From Clostridia bacterium (lineage in GTDB: Bacteria; Bacillota; Clostridia; Oscillospirales; CAG-272), in assembly GCA_028720145.1 (NCBI GenBank), contig JAQYLJ010000005.1:8112-72111 (forward strand): a stretch of DNA of 64,000 bases, given 5' to 3'. Positions 45,334 to 55,748 of the stretch are shown here, piece after piece. How positions within the stretch are numbered: position 1 is the first letter of the stretch; each line of letters begins with the position of its first letter. Position numbers and translations under genes: made by a program. The notes under the pieces were generated by a model. The model was not told where the DNA came from, did no database searches, and saw nothing but the letters and a program-made list of their open reading frames with translations.

Positions 45334-45963
45334 TCAAATCCCCAGGGACTTCAAGGTCAAAGCGGTAGTGTCCTCCACGCGCTCCTGTCCCTCAACACAT
45401 TTCAGAGTGCCTTTCGCGGCATAGTAATCTTTGAGGGGCTCGGTCATCGTGTGGTAGGTTTCGAGGCGGCTCTTCACCACCTCCGGAGCATCGTCGCGAC
45501 GAATGGTCAATTCCTTGCCGCACTTGTCGCAATGCGCCCCGTCTTTCGACGGATTGTACAGGGTGTGATAGGAAGCGCCGCATTCGCAAACGCGCCTCCC
45601 GCTCATACGCTCCACGATCTTGTCATCGGATACTTCAATGGAAAGTACGACATCGGGTGCGATGCCCATCGCGTCCAGTGCCTCGGCCTGAGGAACCGTA
45701 CGCGGGAACCCGTCCAGAATGAATCCGTTTTGACAATCGGGTTTCACGAGACGCTCTTTGATGATCCCGATGACGACATCGTCCGGAACCAGAGCGCCCG
45801 ATTCTGCGTATTTGCGTGCTTTCATGCCCATTTCCGTACCGGTCTTGATCGCCTCACGGATGATGGTGCCCGTAGAGATGGTGGGAATCCCCAGTCTCTC
45901 GGACACGATCTCCGCCTGGGTTCCTTTACCGGCACCGGGGGCTCCGAGGAAAATTATCTTCAT
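45334..45963 (-). CDS. adk: adenylate kinase (zinc-lid type)
   Basis: 209 aa, MKIIFLGAPGAGKGTQA.. and lid CECG...CDKCG. Confidence 0.95.
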   Translation of the reverse strand: MKIIFLGAPGAGKGTQAEIVSERLGIPTISTGTIIREAIKTGTEMGMKARKYAESGALVPDDVVIGIIKERLVKPDCQNGFILDGFPRTVPQAEALDAMGIAPDVVLSIEVSDDKIVERMSGRRVCECGASYHTLYNPSKDGAHCDKCGKELTIRRDDAPEVVKSRLETYHTMTEPLKDYYAAKGTLKCVEGQERVEDTTALTLKSLGI

Positions 45964-45990
45964 TTCTATCTCCTGTCGGTTCTTACGGGA

Positions 45991-47427
45991 TTAAAGGAAT
46001 CCTTTGTAGTTCCGCATGGTCAGCTGCGCTTCAAGTTCACGGTAGGTCTCCTGAACAACGCCGATGACGATGAGGATCGAAGTGCCGCCGAACGAGAACG
46101 CGCTCGCAAAGTTGGAGGCGGACATATAGGAGCCCATCCCCGTATTGGAGAGCAGTTTCTCGACGATCGGTTCGATGACAAGCGGGGTACCGATCATCGG
46201 GAGGACGGCGACAATCGCCAGGAAGAACGCACCCATCAGAGTCACCTTATTCAGGATCTTCTTGATATAGTCGGAGGTGGGTTTGCCCTCTCGGATACCC
46301 GGGATACGACCGCCGTTCGACTTAAGGTTGTTCGCGACTTCCACAGGATTGAAAGAAATCGTGATATAGAAATACGAGAATGCGATGATGAGGATGACGA
46401 ATACCAGCGGATAGAACCAACCGTCCGACGACATGAAGTCGTAGAACTTGTTCCAACCGTTGACGGTCGCGTTCGCATCGCTTGCCAACAGCGACTTCGC
46501 ACTCTTGACACCGCACAGCGTCATAATCGTGGCGGGCAGAGAGATGATCGAAGAAGCGAAGATGATAGGCATGACGCCTGCCATATTCAGTTTAATCGGC
46601 AGGGTGGTCGAGTGACCGCCGTACATCTTCCGTCCTTTGACCTGCTTGGAATACTGTACGGGGATTCTCCGTTCGCTGCCCGTGATCCAAATGACGAAGA
46701 CCGCCATCACGATCAGGAGTGCGACATACCCGAGGGCGAACCCGAAGGTACCCGCCACATATCCGACTTTGCCCCATCCGGTCGCAGTCCCCTTGAACCC
46801 CCCGTAGATGATGAGCCAAACGAGGTTGTAAACCGTAGACGGCAGAGCCGCGATAATGTTCGCGAACAGGATGAGAGAGATACCGTTCCCGATGCCCTTC
46901 TCATTGATCTTTTCGCCCAGCCACATCACGAGCGCCGCGCCTGCCACATAGCAGGTGACGATCACGATGGCGATGAGGACCTGAATCGGCTTGGATGCCG
47001 AGGTCGCTACATCGGTGAGCATACCATTCGATTTCAAAAGGACATAGTAACCGTAACCGGTCGCGATAGCGAGCAGAACGGTGACATAGCGGGTGAGTTT
47101 CTCATTGAATGCTTTACCACGCTCGCCATCCTGAATCTTTCTGCCGAGGGGCGGAATCGCCACAGCGAGCAGCTGAATCACGATGGATGCGGTGATGTAG
47201 GGCGATACACCCAAAGCAAACAGGGTCGCGGCACTCAAAGCACCGCCGGAGAGCAGGTTCATATACGCGAAGATGGTGTCTCCGAAGTTCTCGGCAAAGT
47301 TAGATGCATCAACGAAGGGGACGGGGATAACCGTACCAATGCGATAGAGGAGCAGAATGAACAGTACATAGAAAATCTTTTTCCGTATGTCCGGTGTCTT
47401 CCATGCATTTCTCAATGTTTGAAGCAT
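45991..47427 (-). CDS. secY: preprotein translocase subunit SecY
   Basis: 478 aa, 10 TM segments, canonical position after rplO. Confidence 0.95.
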   Translation of the reverse strand: MLQTLRNAWKTPDIRKKIFYVLFILLLYRIGTVIPVPFVDASNFAENFGDTIFAYMNLLSGGALSAATLFALGVSPYITASIVIQLLAVAIPPLGRKIQDGERGKAFNEKLTRYVTVLLAIATGYGYYVLLKSNGMLTDVATSASKPIQVLIAIVIVTCYVAGAALVMWLGEKINEKGIGNGISLILFANIIAALPSTVYNLVWLIIYGGFKGTATGWGKVGYVAGTFGFALGYVALLIVMAVFVIWITGSERRIPVQYSKQVKGRKMYGGHSTTLPIKLNMAGVMPIIFASSIISLPATIMTLCGVKSAKSLLASDANATVNGWNKFYDFMSSDGWFYPLVFVILIIAFSYFYITISFNPVEVANNLKSNGGRIPGIREGKPTSDYIKKILNKVTLMGAFFLAIVAVLPMIGTPLVIEPIVEKLLSNTGMGSYMSASNFASAFSFGGTSILIVIGVVQETYRELEAQLTMRNYKGFL

Positions 47428-47871
47428 TTAGATTACCTCGTACTTTCCACCGGCCGCCTCAATTTTCTCCTTCGCGGATGCGGTAAAGCATTTTGCTTTT
47501 ACCGTCAGGTTCTTTACCGTCAGCGTCCCGTTCCCGAGAACCTTGACGCCGTCGCAAACCTTCTTCACGATCCCGGTCGAGACAAGCGCTTCGGTGTCAA
47601 CGACCGCACCTTCCTCGAACGCGTTGAGGTCGTCGATATTGATGGTTGCGTAAGTTTTGGCAAACTTGTTGTGGAAACCTCTCTTCGGAAGTTTTCTGTA
47701 GAGAGGCAACTGACCGCCCTCGAATCCGAGACGGACACCGCCGCCGGAACGAGCGTTCTGACCCTTGTGACCTTTGCCGGCGGTCTTCCCGTTGCCGGAC
47801 CCGGTCCCTCTGCCCTTGCGGAATACATCCTTGACGGACCCTTCCGCGGGGGAAAGTTCATGGAGTTTCAT
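47428..47871 (-). CDS. rplO: 50S ribosomal protein uL15
   Basis: 147 aa, [25 protein letters not shown].. Confidence 0.95.
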   Translation of the reverse strand: MKLHELSPAEGSVKDVFRKGRGTGSGNGKTAGKGHKGQNARSGGGVRLGFEGGQLPLYRKLPKRGFHNKFAKTYATINIDDLNAFEEGAVVDTEALVSTGIVKKVCDGVKVLGNGTLTVKNLTVKAKCFTASAKEKIEAAGGKYEVI

Positions 47872-47889
47872 TGGTTTTCCTCCTTCCGA

Positions 47890-48066
47890 TTACAGCGTTT
47901 CCACCTTGACAAGGTGCGCTATGACTTTGATTTTTCCCTGCACTGCGGCATTGTCTTCGAGGACAATGCTGTCGCCGGGTTTCGTGAGCCCGAGAGAAGC
48001 GGCGGTCGCTTTCTGCTTTTTCAAGCAGGCGATCAGACTTTTCTTCAGAGTAATCTTAATTTTCAT
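47890..48066 (-). CDS. rpmD: 50S ribosomal protein uL30
   Basis: Not in the ORF track (58 aa). Hand translation: MKIKITLKKSLIACLKKQKATAASLGLTKPGDSIVLEDNAAVQGKIKVIAHLVKVETL. RBS GAGGAGGG. Confidence 0.9.
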   Translation of the reverse strand: MKIKITLKKSLIACLKKQKATAASLGLTKPGDSIVLEDNAAVQGKIKVIAHLVKVETL

Positions 48067-48077
48067 CTCGACCCTCC

Positions 48078-48581
48078 TCAGCGCTTCACGCTATCGGGAG
48101 AAATCCCGCGGGCAGCAGCGACTTCCTCGACCGTCCGAAGAGATTTCAGACACTCGAAAGTCGCTTTGACGACATTGATGGGGTTGTTGGTGCGGAGGCA
48201 CTTCGCACGGACATTCTTGATGCCCGCGAGTTCGAGCACATACCGCACACCGCCGCCGGCGATGATACCGGTACCGGGAGCGGCGGGCTTCAAGAGCACC
48301 GTGCCGGACCCGAAGGTTTCAAGTACTTCGTGCGGGATGGTGGAGCCGTTCATCGAAACCTCGATGAGGTTCTTCTTCGCGTCTTCAATCCCCTTCTTGA
48401 TGGCATCGGGCACTTCTGCCGCTTTGCCGAGGCCATAACCCACATGACCGTTTCTGTCACCGACCACCATGAGTGCGGCGAAACGGGCGATACGACCGCC
48501 CTTTACGGTCTTGGATACACGGTTGAGCGCAACGAGCTTTTCTTCGAGTTCGAGCTCGTCGGCATTGATCATTTTTGCCAT
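48078..48581 (-). CDS. rpsE: 30S ribosomal protein uS5
   Basis: 167 aa from ATG 48581 ([30 protein letters not shown]..). AAGGAG RBS. Confidence 0.95.
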   Translation of the reverse strand: MAKMINADELELEEKLVALNRVSKTVKGGRIARFAALMVVGDRNGHVGYGLGKAAEVPDAIKKGIEDAKKNLIEVSMNGSTIPHEVLETFGSGTVLLKPAAPGTGIIAGGGVRYVLELAGIKNVRAKCLRTNNPINVVKATFECLKSLRTVEEVAAARGISPDSVKR

Positions 48582-48636
48582 GTTTTTCTCCTTAAAGTTC
48601 AATCAAAATTGCTTTTGATCGGTGTACAAACCGGAC

Positions 48637-48996
48637 TCAGAACTCAAGGCCGCCTTCGCGCGCGCCTTCAGCCAGTTCCGATACACGACCGTGGTAGATA
48701 TAGCCGCCGCGGTCAAACACGACAGCGGTAATCCCCTTTGCCTTTGCCCGCTCGGCAACCAGTTTGCCGACTGCACGGGCAGCTTCCTTGTTGGAGCCGA
48801 GCCCCTCGAAGGATTTTTCATAGGTGCTGGCGGATGCGAGGGTCACCCCTGCCGCATCGTCGATCACCTGAGCGCTGATATGCGCGTTGGAGCGATAGAC
48901 AGCGAGACGCGGTCTTTCGGCAGTTCCGGAGATCTTGCCTCTGACCCGGGTGTGTCTTTTGAGACGCTGCGCGTTCTTATTCGACTTATTTACCAT
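48637..48996 (-). CDS. rplR: 50S ribosomal protein uL18
   Basis: 119 aa, ..[18 protein letters not shown].. Confidence 0.95.
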   Translation of the reverse strand: MVNKSNKNAQRLKRHTRVRGKISGTAERPRLAVYRSNAHISAQVIDDAAGVTLASASTYEKSFEGLGSNKEAARAVGKLVAERAKAKGITAVVFDRGGYIYHGRVSELAEGAREGGLEF

Positions 48997-49014
48997 TGCT
49001 GCTCTCTCCTTTCA

Positions 49015-49551
49015 TTATTTACCGGTCTTACCGGCCTTGCGGCGGATATGCTCGCCCGCATACTTGACGCCCTTGCCCAGATAGGGTTCAGGAGGTCTCT
49101 TCGCACGGACGACCGCTGCCATCTGACCGACCTTCTGCTTGTCAATCCCCTTGACAATGATGGTCGTGAGATCCGGCGTCTCGAACGTGATGCCGTCCCC
49201 GTCCTCGAAATAAACCGGGTGAGAATAGCCCAAACTGAGAACCAGCTTGTTGCCCTTCTTCTCCGCCTTATAACCGACGCCGACGAGTTGGAGCGTCTTC
49301 GCGTACCCTTCGGTCACGCCGACGACCATGTTGTTGAGAAGCGCACGGGTCAGACCGTGAAGTGCGCGATCCTCTTTCTCATCGGTCGGACGAGTCACGG
49401 TGAGGGTACCGTTTTCCGCCTGAATGGTCATGCGGGGGGAGAAGGTGCTCGTCAGGGTACCCTTGGGTCCCTTCACGGTCACGACATTTCCGTCCGCGAT
49501 GTCCACAGTCACATTTTTCAGTTCAATGGGAGCTCTACCGATTCTAGACAT
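49015..49551 (-). CDS. rplF: 50S ribosomal protein uL6
   Basis: 178 aa, MSRIGRAPIELKNVTV.. Confidence 0.95.
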   Translation of the reverse strand: MSRIGRAPIELKNVTVDIADGNVVTVKGPKGTLTSTFSPRMTIQAENGTLTVTRPTDEKEDRALHGLTRALLNNMVVGVTEGYAKTLQLVGVGYKAEKKGNKLVLSLGYSHPVYFEDGDGITFETPDLTTIIVKGIDKQKVGQMAAVVRAKRPPEPYLGKGVKYAGEHIRRKAGKTGK

Positions 49552-49566
49552 TTCGTTATCCTCCCC

Positions 49567-49965
49567 TTACCACACAAAGGCAAGCACTTCGCCGCCCACG
49601 CCCGCTTTGCGAGCCTGTTTGTCGGTCATGATGCCCTTGGAAGTGGAAATGATGGCGATGCCCAAACCGTTCATCACGCGCGGGAGCTTCTCGGCGCTCG
49701 CGTAGATACGCAGACCGGGTTTGGACACACGGCGCAGACCGCGGAGAACCTTGGTCTTGCCCTGGCCGTATTTCAGGGTCACGCGAATGATGCCCTGTTT
49801 GCCGTCTTCAATCCGCTGATACCCCTGAATGTAGCCCTCGGAGAGCAGGATATCAACAATGGATTTCTTCATGTTGGATGCAGGGATGTCAACCGTCTCG
49901 TGCTTCGCGTCATTGGCGTTGCGGATGCGGGTCAGCAGATCTGCAATTACATCTGAAATTTGCAT
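49567..49965 (-). CDS. rpsH: 30S ribosomal protein uS8
   Basis: 132 aa, [17 protein letters not shown].. Confidence 0.95.
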   Translation of the reverse strand: MQISDVIADLLTRIRNANDAKHETVDIPASNMKKSIVDILLSEGYIQGYQRIEDGKQGIIRVTLKYGQGKTKVLRGLRRVSKPGLRIYASAEKLPRVMNGLGIAIISTSKGIMTDKQARKAGVGGEVLAFVW

Positions 49966-50073
49966 CTTTTTTTCCTCCTATATGCAAGTAAATGTGCTTG
50001 CTGCCGATTTGCGGTCGGCGGCATACCGGTGGTTAAAGGCATTTCGCCTTTCCTGCCGATAGATGGGGAGTTT

Positions 50074-50259
50074 TTACCAACTCGCCTTTCTCACGCCCGG
50101 GATCTCGCCCTTGTAGGCAAGCTCACGGAAGCAGATACGGCAGATGCCGAATTTGCGAAGGTAAGCGTGAGGTCTGCCGCAGATTTTGCAGCGGTTGTAC
50201 TCACGGGTGGAGTATTTCTGCTTTTTCTGCTGTTTCAGAATCATAGATTTCTTTGCCAT
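50074..50259 (-). CDS. rpsN: 30S ribosomal protein uS14, type Z (zinc)
   Basis: 61 aa, ..[23 protein letters not shown].. Confidence 0.95.
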   Translation of the reverse strand: MAKKSMILKQQKKQKYSTREYNRCKICGRPHAYLRKFGICRICFRELAYKGEIPGVRKASW

Positions 50260-50276
50260 GTTTCTCTCTCCTCTTC

Positions 50277-50816
50277 TTACTTCGCGAAGGGTGCGCCCAT
50301 CTTTTCGAGGAGCGACTTCGCTTCGGCATCGGTCTTGGCGGTGGTGACGAACACGATGTCCATACCACGGATTTTCTCTACTTTGTCGTATTCGATTTCA
50401 GGGAAGATCAGCTGCTCTTTGAGACCCAGCGCGTAGTTGCCGCGGCCGTCGAAGGCGTTCGGATTGATGCCTTTGAAGTCACGCACGCGAGGGAGAGCAA
50501 AGCTGAACAGTTTGTCCATGAATTCGTACATACGCTCGCCGCGCAGAGTCACTTTCACGCCGATCTTCATGCCCTGACGGAGCTTGAAGTTCGCGACCGA
50601 CTTGCGGGCGTAGGTGGGAACCGCTTTCTGCCCGGTGATGGTAGTGATTTCTTCAATCACATTGTCGATCACCTTGGCGTTCTCTTTGGCGTCGCCGCAG
50701 CCCACATTGACCACGATCTTGTCGAGACGCGGAATCTGCATGGGCGTCTTGTAAGCAAATTCCTTCATCAGAGCGGGGGCAACATCATTTTTATAAGTTT
50801 CAGACAATCTGGACAT
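50277..50816 (-). CDS. rplE: 50S ribosomal protein uL5
   Basis: 179 aa, [20 protein letters not shown].. Confidence 0.95.
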   Translation of the reverse strand: MSRLSETYKNDVAPALMKEFAYKTPMQIPRLDKIVVNVGCGDAKENAKVIDNVIEEITTITGQKAVPTYARKSVANFKLRQGMKIGVKVTLRGERMYEFMDKLFSFALPRVRDFKGINPNAFDGRGNYALGLKEQLIFPEIEYDKVEKIRGMDIVFVTTAKTDAEAKSLLEKMGAPFAK

Positions 50817-50832
50817 TTTGTTTCCCTCCTCC

Positions 50833-51192
50833 TCAAATCTTCTGACCGCACTTCACGCAGACGCGCGATTTCACGGTCTTCCCGTCCTTGCCGGTCTCGA
50901 AGGCGGCCTTGGTGCGGACGCCCCGTTTGCAGTTCGGGCAGTAGAGCTGTACTTTGGACGCGTAGATGGCGCCCGCGGTCTCAATGATGGAACTGGTATC
51001 GCCCTGTTTCCGAGCCTTCACATGCTTTTTCACCACATGTACGCCCTCGACAATCACCTTTCCCTCTTCGGGAGAGACGGCGATGACCTTACCGGTTTTC
51101 GGCACGAGGTTTCCCTGTGCGTCTTTGGTCTTCTTATCTGCGCCGGAAAGTACCACAACGGTGTCGCCGGTCTTGATATGCATAGTTTTCAT
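50833..51192 (-). CDS. rplX: 50S ribosomal protein uL24 with a four-Cys C-terminal region
   Basis: 119 aa. KOW region [14 protein letters not shown].., C-terminus ..[49 protein letters not shown] 8 nt before ATG 51192. Confidence 0.9.
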   Translation of the reverse strand: MKTMHIKTGDTVVVLSGADKKTKDAQGNLVPKTGKVIAVSPEEGKVIVEGVHVVKKHVKARKQGDTSSIIETAGAIYASKVQLYCPNCKRGVRTKAAFETGKDGKTVKSRVCVKCGQKI

Positions 51193-51206
51193 CTCGACAA
51201 CCTCCC

Positions 51207-51575
51207 TTAAAGTACTTCAGGTGCGAGGGACAGGATTTTGGTATAGTCCTTATCCCGGAGTTCACGGGCGACAGGCCCAAAGATACGGGTCCCGCGAGGG
51301 GTCTTGTCATCTTTAATGATGACGGCTGCGTTCTCATCAAATTTGATATAGGAACCGTCAGCGCGACGGGTCTCACGAACCGTTCTCACGATCACCGCTT
51401 TCACAACCTCGCCTTTTTTCACCATGCCGCCGGGCGTCACGCGCTTCACGCACGCGACCACGACATCACCGATGGCGGCGTAACGACGGCGGGAACCGCC
51501 GAGGACGCGGATGCACATCAGCTGTTTGGCACCGGTGTTATCAGCGACATTGAGTAGTGTTTGTTGCTGAATCAC
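51207..51575 (-). CDS. rplN: 50S ribosomal protein uL14
   Basis: 122 aa, [17 protein letters not shown].. Confidence 0.95.
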   Translation of the reverse strand: MIQQQTLLNVADNTGAKQLMCIRVLGGSRRRYAAIGDVVVACVKRVTPGGMVKKGEVVKAVIVRTVRETRRADGSYIKFDENAAVIIKDDKTPRGTRIFGPVARELRDKDYTKILSLAPEVL

Positions 51576-51637
51576 TTTACTTTCCTCCTAATTTCGGTAA
51601 GCGTTTGACCTACCTACTTGATGTGTGTGGATTCTGA

Positions 51638-51898
51638 TTACTTCGCTTTTTCAACGATTTCGGTGAGACGCCATCTCTTGGTCTTGGAGAGAGGTCTCGT
51701 CTCCATGACGGCGACGGTATCGCCTACATTGCACTCGTTGTTTTCGTCGTGAACATGGATTTTCACGGTACGCTTCATGATCTTGCCGTACTTAGGATGG
51801 GTCACGGAGTCGATGATGGCGACCACGATGGTCTTATCCATCTTGTTGCTGACCACTTTACCGACTCTGACTTTTCTCAGATTTCTGTTCTCCTGCAT
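51638..51898 (-). CDS. rpsQ: 30S ribosomal protein uS17
   Basis: 86 aa from ATG 51898 ([23 protein letters not shown]..), with AGGAGG 8 nt upstream. The TTG start at 51916 in the ORF track is less likely. Confidence 0.9.
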   Translation of the reverse strand: MQENRNLRKVRVGKVVSNKMDKTIVVAIIDSVTHPKYGKIMKRTVKIHVHDENNECNVGDTVAVMETRPLSKTKRWRLTEIVEKAK

Positions 51899-51912
51899 AA
51901 CCCTAACCTCCT

Positions 51913-52101
51913 TCAAGCATTCTTCTCGCGGATGACGGTCATCACGCGGGCGATATCGTGCTTCACTTCGGCAATCTTATGAGGATTGTCGAGCTGGTGC
52001 ACGGCAAGTTGGAAGCGGAGGTTAAAGAGTTCGCGCTTCAAGTCGTTAAGTTTTGTGTCCAGTTCTTCCGGACTCATGGCTCTGAGTTCTTGTGCTTTCA
52101 C
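51913..52101 (-). CDS. rpmC: 50S ribosomal protein uL29
   Basis: 62 aa, [31 protein letters not shown].. Confidence 0.95.
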   Translation of the reverse strand: MKAQELRAMSPEELDTKLNDLKRELFNLRFQLAVHQLDNPHKIAEVKHDIARVMTVIREKNA

Positions 52102-52114
52102 CGCTTTATCCTCC

Positions 52115-52528
52115 TTATGCTTCTTCTTTCTTCACAAACTTGCACTTGATAGGCAGCTTGTGACTTGCGAGACGCATTGCTTCTCTGGCGACATCTTCGG
52201 CGACACCGTCCATCTCGAAGAGGACACGACCGGGTTTCACCACGGCGACCCAGTATTCGGGCGTACCTTTACCGGAACCCATTCGAGCTTCGGCAGGGTG
52301 CTTCGTCACCGGCTTGTCGGGGAAAATCTTGATCCAGACCTGCCCGCCACGCTTGATGTAACGGGTCATAGCAATACGAGCCGCCTCAATCTGGTTGCTC
52401 TTGATCCAGGCGGGTTCCAGGGCGACGAGCCCGTAGGAGCCGTTCGAGACCGTGTTCCCACGGGTCGCGACGCCTTTCATTCTACCGCGCTGTACGCGAC
52501 GGTATTTGACTCTTTTCGGCATTAACAT
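52115..52528 (-). CDS. rplP: 50S ribosomal protein uL16
   Basis: 137 aa, [19 protein letters not shown].. Confidence 0.95.
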   Translation of the reverse strand: MLMPKRVKYRRVQRGRMKGVATRGNTVSNGSYGLVALEPAWIKSNQIEAARIAMTRYIKRGGQVWIKIFPDKPVTKHPAEARMGSGKGTPEYWVAVVKPGRVLFEMDGVAEDVAREAMRLASHKLPIKCKFVKKEEA

Positions 52529-53307
52529 TATTTGTTACCCCCCTCAAACTTCGGGTTATTGCGGCGGGGATATCCGCCTTCACGACGGGGACCGCGGTCA
52601 TTTCTGCGACCGCCGTTATCACCGTTCCGACGCTGCCGTCTCTCGGGGCGATCGAACTTTCTGTCGGCGTTTGCATTCACAGCCAGCACTTCGCCTCTGT
52701 AAATCCACACCTTGATACCGATTTTCCCGTAGGTCGTGTTTGCTTCATAGAATCCGTACTCGATGTCGGCACGGAGGGTCTGAAGCGGAATGGTGCCCTC
52801 ATGGTAGTGCTCGGTGCGGGCGATTTCCGCGCCACCGAGACGACCGCCGCAAGAAATCTTGATTCCCTTGGCGCCGAGACGCATGGTGCGTCCGATCGCC
52901 TGCTTCATCGCACGGCGGAAAGAGGTTCTCTTTTCGAGCTGTGCGGCGATGCTCTCCGCCACGAGTTGGGCGTTGAGATCGGGGTTCTTGATTTCAATGA
53001 CATTGACCGCGACCGGCATGCCGACCATCTTTTCGAGTTCCACTTTGAGTTTCTCGATTTCGGCACCGCCGCGCCCGATTACGATACCGGGTTTCGCGCA
53101 CTGAATGAACACTCTGACGCGGTTCGAGTCCCGCTCGATTTCAATCTTCGGAACGCCTGCCGCTTGCAGTTTGTTTTTGAGATAGACACGAATCTTGTGG
53201 TCGGAAACCAGGGTGTCGCCCAGTTTCTCATCCTCGACATACCATCTGGAACTCCAGTTCTTGATGACGCCGACGCGAAGACCGTTCGGATTTACCTTCT
53301 GTCCCAT
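52528..53307 (-). CDS. rpsC: 30S ribosomal protein uS3 (long basic C-terminal tail)
   Basis: 259 aa, [14 protein letters not shown].. plus a C-terminal R/N/G-rich extension of about 45 aa. Confidence 0.95.
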   Translation of the reverse strand: MGQKVNPNGLRVGVIKNWSSRWYVEDEKLGDTLVSDHKIRVYLKNKLQAAGVPKIEIERDSNRVRVFIQCAKPGIVIGRGGAEIEKLKVELEKMVGMPVAVNVIEIKNPDLNAQLVAESIAAQLEKRTSFRRAMKQAIGRTMRLGAKGIKISCGGRLGGAEIARTEHYHEGTIPLQTLRADIEYGFYEANTTYGKIGIKVWIYRGEVLAVNANADRKFDRPERRQRRNGDNGGRRNDRGPRREGGYPRRNNPKFEGGNK

Positions 53308-53308
53308 T

Positions 53309-53650
53309 TCAGCGAACCTCCTTTTCCTTAACAGTCATCGTGACATGGCTGGACCGCTTGTTGATGCGGAATGCGCTGCCCTTCGCGCGGGGCATGATTC
53401 TCTTGAGAATCGGACCGGGGCAGACGAAGCACTCGGACACATACAGGTTGGATGCGTCCATGCCGAAGTTGTGTTCCGCATTGGCGACGGCGCTCTTGAG
53501 GAGTTTCGTCAGCGGCTCCGACGCGATGCGGTTGGTGTTTTTCAGAATTGCCATTGCGGTATCGGTGTCTTTGCCGCGGATGAGGTCGAGGACGACCTGC
53601 ACCTTACGGGGAGAGATTCTGAGATATTTAAGATATGCTTTTGCTTCCAT
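53309..53650 (-). CDS. rplV: 50S ribosomal protein uL22
   Basis: 113 aa, [20 protein letters not shown].. Confidence 0.95.
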   Translation of the reverse strand: MEAKAYLKYLRISPRKVQVVLDLIRGKDTDTAMAILKNTNRIASEPLTKLLKSAVANAEHNFGMDASNLYVSECFVCPGPILKRIMPRAKGSAFRINKRSSHVTMTVKEKEVR

Positions 53651-53661
53651 TGTTTCTCTCC

Positions 53662-53946
53662 TTATTTACCGTTGTTGGAAGTCTTGGAGCCTGCGTGCCC
53701 GTGGAAAGTACGGGTGGGCGCAAACTCGCCGAGTTTATGACCGACCATGTCCTCAACGACATATACCGGCACATGCTTTCTGCCGTCGTAAACCGAGATC
53801 GTGTGTCCGACGAATTCCGGGAAGATGGTAGAGGCACGGGACCAGGTCTTGATGATTTCTTTCTTTGCCTTGCCGTCGTTCATGGCGCAGATGCGCGCAT
53901 AAAGCTTTTCTTCGACATAAGGCATTTTCTTTAAGCTTCTGCTCAT
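53662..53946 (-). CDS. rpsS: 30S ribosomal protein uS19
   Basis: 94 aa, [15 protein letters not shown].. Confidence 0.95.
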   Translation of the reverse strand: MSRSLKKMPYVEEKLYARICAMNDGKAKKEIIKTWSRASTIFPEFVGHTISVYDGRKHVPVYVVEDMVGHKLGEFAPTRTFHGHAGSKTSNNGK

Positions 53947-53964
53947 ACTTGTGTCTCCTTCCGA

Positions 53965-54795
53965 TTACTTACCGTTACGACGCTTGACGATGAACTTGTT
54001 GGTTCTCGCCTTCTTGTTTCTCGTCTTGTAGCCGAGAGCGGGCTTGCCCCAAGGGGTCATAGGACCTGCGTGACCCACCGGAGACTTGCCTTCGCCGCCG
54101 CCGTGCGGGTGATCGCACGGGTTCATGACGGAACCGCGGACGGTAGGACGGATGCCCAGGTGACGGGTCTTACCGGCTTTCCCGAGCTTGACGGTGTCGT
54201 GCTCGACATTACCGACCTGACCGATGGTGGCTTTGCAGTCCAGACGGACGATTCTCACTTCGCCCGAGGGGAGACGGACCTGTGCGGTGCCGTTCTCTTT
54301 CGCCATCAGCTGTGCCTGTGCACCGGCGGAACGGACGAGCTGTGCGCCCTTACCGGGGTACAGTTCGATGTTGTGGATGATGGTACCGACGGGGATCGCG
54401 GAGATCGGCAGGGTGTTACCCGGCTTGATATCTGCGGACTCGCCCGAGTAGACGGTCATGCCCGCGGTCAGACCGACCGGAGCGATGATATAGCTCTTTT
54501 CGCCCTCTTCGTTCTGAAGGAGTGCGATATAAGCCGAGCGGTTCGGGTCATACTCGACACCGACCACGGTCGCGGGAGAGACGCTCTGCCGCTTGAAGTC
54601 GATGATACGGTATTTGATCTTGTTCCGACCGCCGTGATGACGGACCGTGATGCGACCGTAGCTGTTGCGGCCGGCTTTCTTCTTCTTTGTCTCGATGAGC
54701 GATTTCTCGGGGGTCTTCTTGGTGACTTCATCAAAAGAAGGAGCAGACATATTTCTGCGCGACGGCGTCGTCGGTTTATACTTCATAACTGCCAT
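53965..54795 (-). CDS. rplB: 50S ribosomal protein uL2
   Basis: 276 aa, [16 protein letters not shown]... Confidence 0.95.
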   Translation of the reverse strand: MAVMKYKPTTPSRRNMSAPSFDEVTKKTPEKSLIETKKKKAGRNSYGRITVRHHGGRNKIKYRIIDFKRQSVSPATVVGVEYDPNRSAYIALLQNEEGEKSYIIAPVGLTAGMTVYSGESADIKPGNTLPISAIPVGTIIHNIELYPGKGAQLVRSAGAQAQLMAKENGTAQVRLPSGEVRIVRLDCKATIGQVGNVEHDTVKLGKAGKTRHLGIRPTVRGSVMNPCDHPHGGGEGKSPVGHAGPMTPWGKPALGYKTRNKKARTNKFIVKRRNGK

Positions 54796-54813
54796 TGTTT
54801 CTTTCCTCCTTTA

Positions 54814-55107
54814 TCAGTTCAGACTATCGAAGAAGGCAATGGTCTTGGAATCCTCGGTGAGGGTCACAATCGCTTTCTTCCACTCGCTGGTATAGCCTGC
54901 GTGATAGCCGACTCTTTTCGGCTTTTTCTTGACATTCAGGGTGCAGACCTCGGCGACCTTCACGCCGAACATCTCCTCGACCGCCTTCGCGATCTCGGGC
55001 TTCGTCGCTTCTTTCGCCACTTCGAATCCGTAGCACTTCCGTCCGATGGCGTCCATGCACTTTTCGGTGATCAGAGGTCTGACAATTACATCTGCAACAG
55101 ATTTCAT
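54814..55107 (-). CDS. rplW: 50S ribosomal protein uL23
   Basis: 97 aa, ..DVIVRPLITEK.. Confidence 0.95.
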   Translation of the reverse strand: MKSVADVIVRPLITEKCMDAIGRKCYGFEVAKEATKPEIAKAVEEMFGVKVAEVCTLNVKKKPKRVGYHAGYTSEWKKAIVTLTEDSKTIAFFDSLN

Positions 55108-55730
55108 TCTGCATATACCTCCTCAATTTTTTCGACAGCGGCCTTCGCAACGATGAAGGTGTCGCAGTTCAGGATGTCATACACATTGATCTCGTTGTAG
55201 AGAGCGGTCTTGACACCTGCGATGTTCGCGCAGCTCTTAATCACTTTGTCGTCCACCTCGGGGAGGATCACCAAAGTTTTTTTCGCGGCGCCCACAGCCG
55301 CCAGCATTGCGACCATGGTCTTGGTTTTGTATTCCGCGGTCTTGATTTCGTCAATGACGACCATCTCGTTCGCGGCTACTTTGGAGGAAAGGGCGCTGAA
55401 CAGCGCGACTCTCTTCACTTTCTTATTGAGGGTGACGCGGTAAGAACGGGGTTTCGGACCCATGGCAACGCCGCCGTGTGTCCACTGCGGAGAACGGGTG
55501 CTCCCCTGTCTCGCCCGACCGGTCCCTTTCTGTTTCCAGGGCTTTCTGCCGCCGCCCGAAACCTCGCTTCTCGTGAGGGTGGACTGGGTGCCCTGTCTCT
55601 GGTTGAGCAGATATGCTCTGACTGCGGTATGGAGGACGGCCTCATTAATATCGGCTCCGAACACGGTATCGGAGAGGGTGATCTCGCCGACCGCTTTGCC
55701 TGCCATATCAACAACTTTCATATTCGGCAT
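55104..55730 (-). CDS. rplD: 50S ribosomal protein uL4
   Basis: 208 aa, ..RQGTQSTLTRSEVSGGGRKPWKQKGTGRARQGS.. ATGA overlap with rplW. Confidence 0.95.
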   Translation of the reverse strand: MPNMKVVDMAGKAVGEITLSDTVFGADINEAVLHTAVRAYLLNQRQGTQSTLTRSEVSGGGRKPWKQKGTGRARQGSTRSPQWTHGGVAMGPKPRSYRVTLNKKVKRVALFSALSSKVAANEMVVIDEIKTAEYKTKTMVAMLAAVGAAKKTLVILPEVDDKVIKSCANIAGVKTALYNEINVYDILNCDTFIVAKAAVEKIEEVYAE

Positions 55731-55748
55731 TCGTGTTTCCTCCTTCCG

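Noticed and set aside
45196-48438. 1080-codon ORF on the plus strand, the longest ORF in that region
   Set aside because: It lies exactly antisense to adk, secY, rplO, rpmD and part of rpsE. The starts of those first four genes are all congruent to 0 mod 3 (45963, 47427, 47871, 48066), so the plus-strand ORF is the codon-aligned antisense frame. In that frame stops arise only opposite sense TTA, CTA or TCA codons, which this genome's codon usage almost never uses. There is no RBS, the predicted protein is R/D/G/H-rich and low in complexity, and the sense genes are unambiguous.
51899-51916. Upstream TTG start for rpsQ, and similar upstream extensions for rplC (56471), rpsD (43403), rpsE (48602), pepO (20488), icd (36600), the citrate synthase gene (39887) and the trpB-like gene (29791)
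   Set aside because: In each case an internal ATG matches the conserved N-terminus of the family and has a properly spaced GGAGG-type RBS. The extensions overlap upstream genes or leaders.
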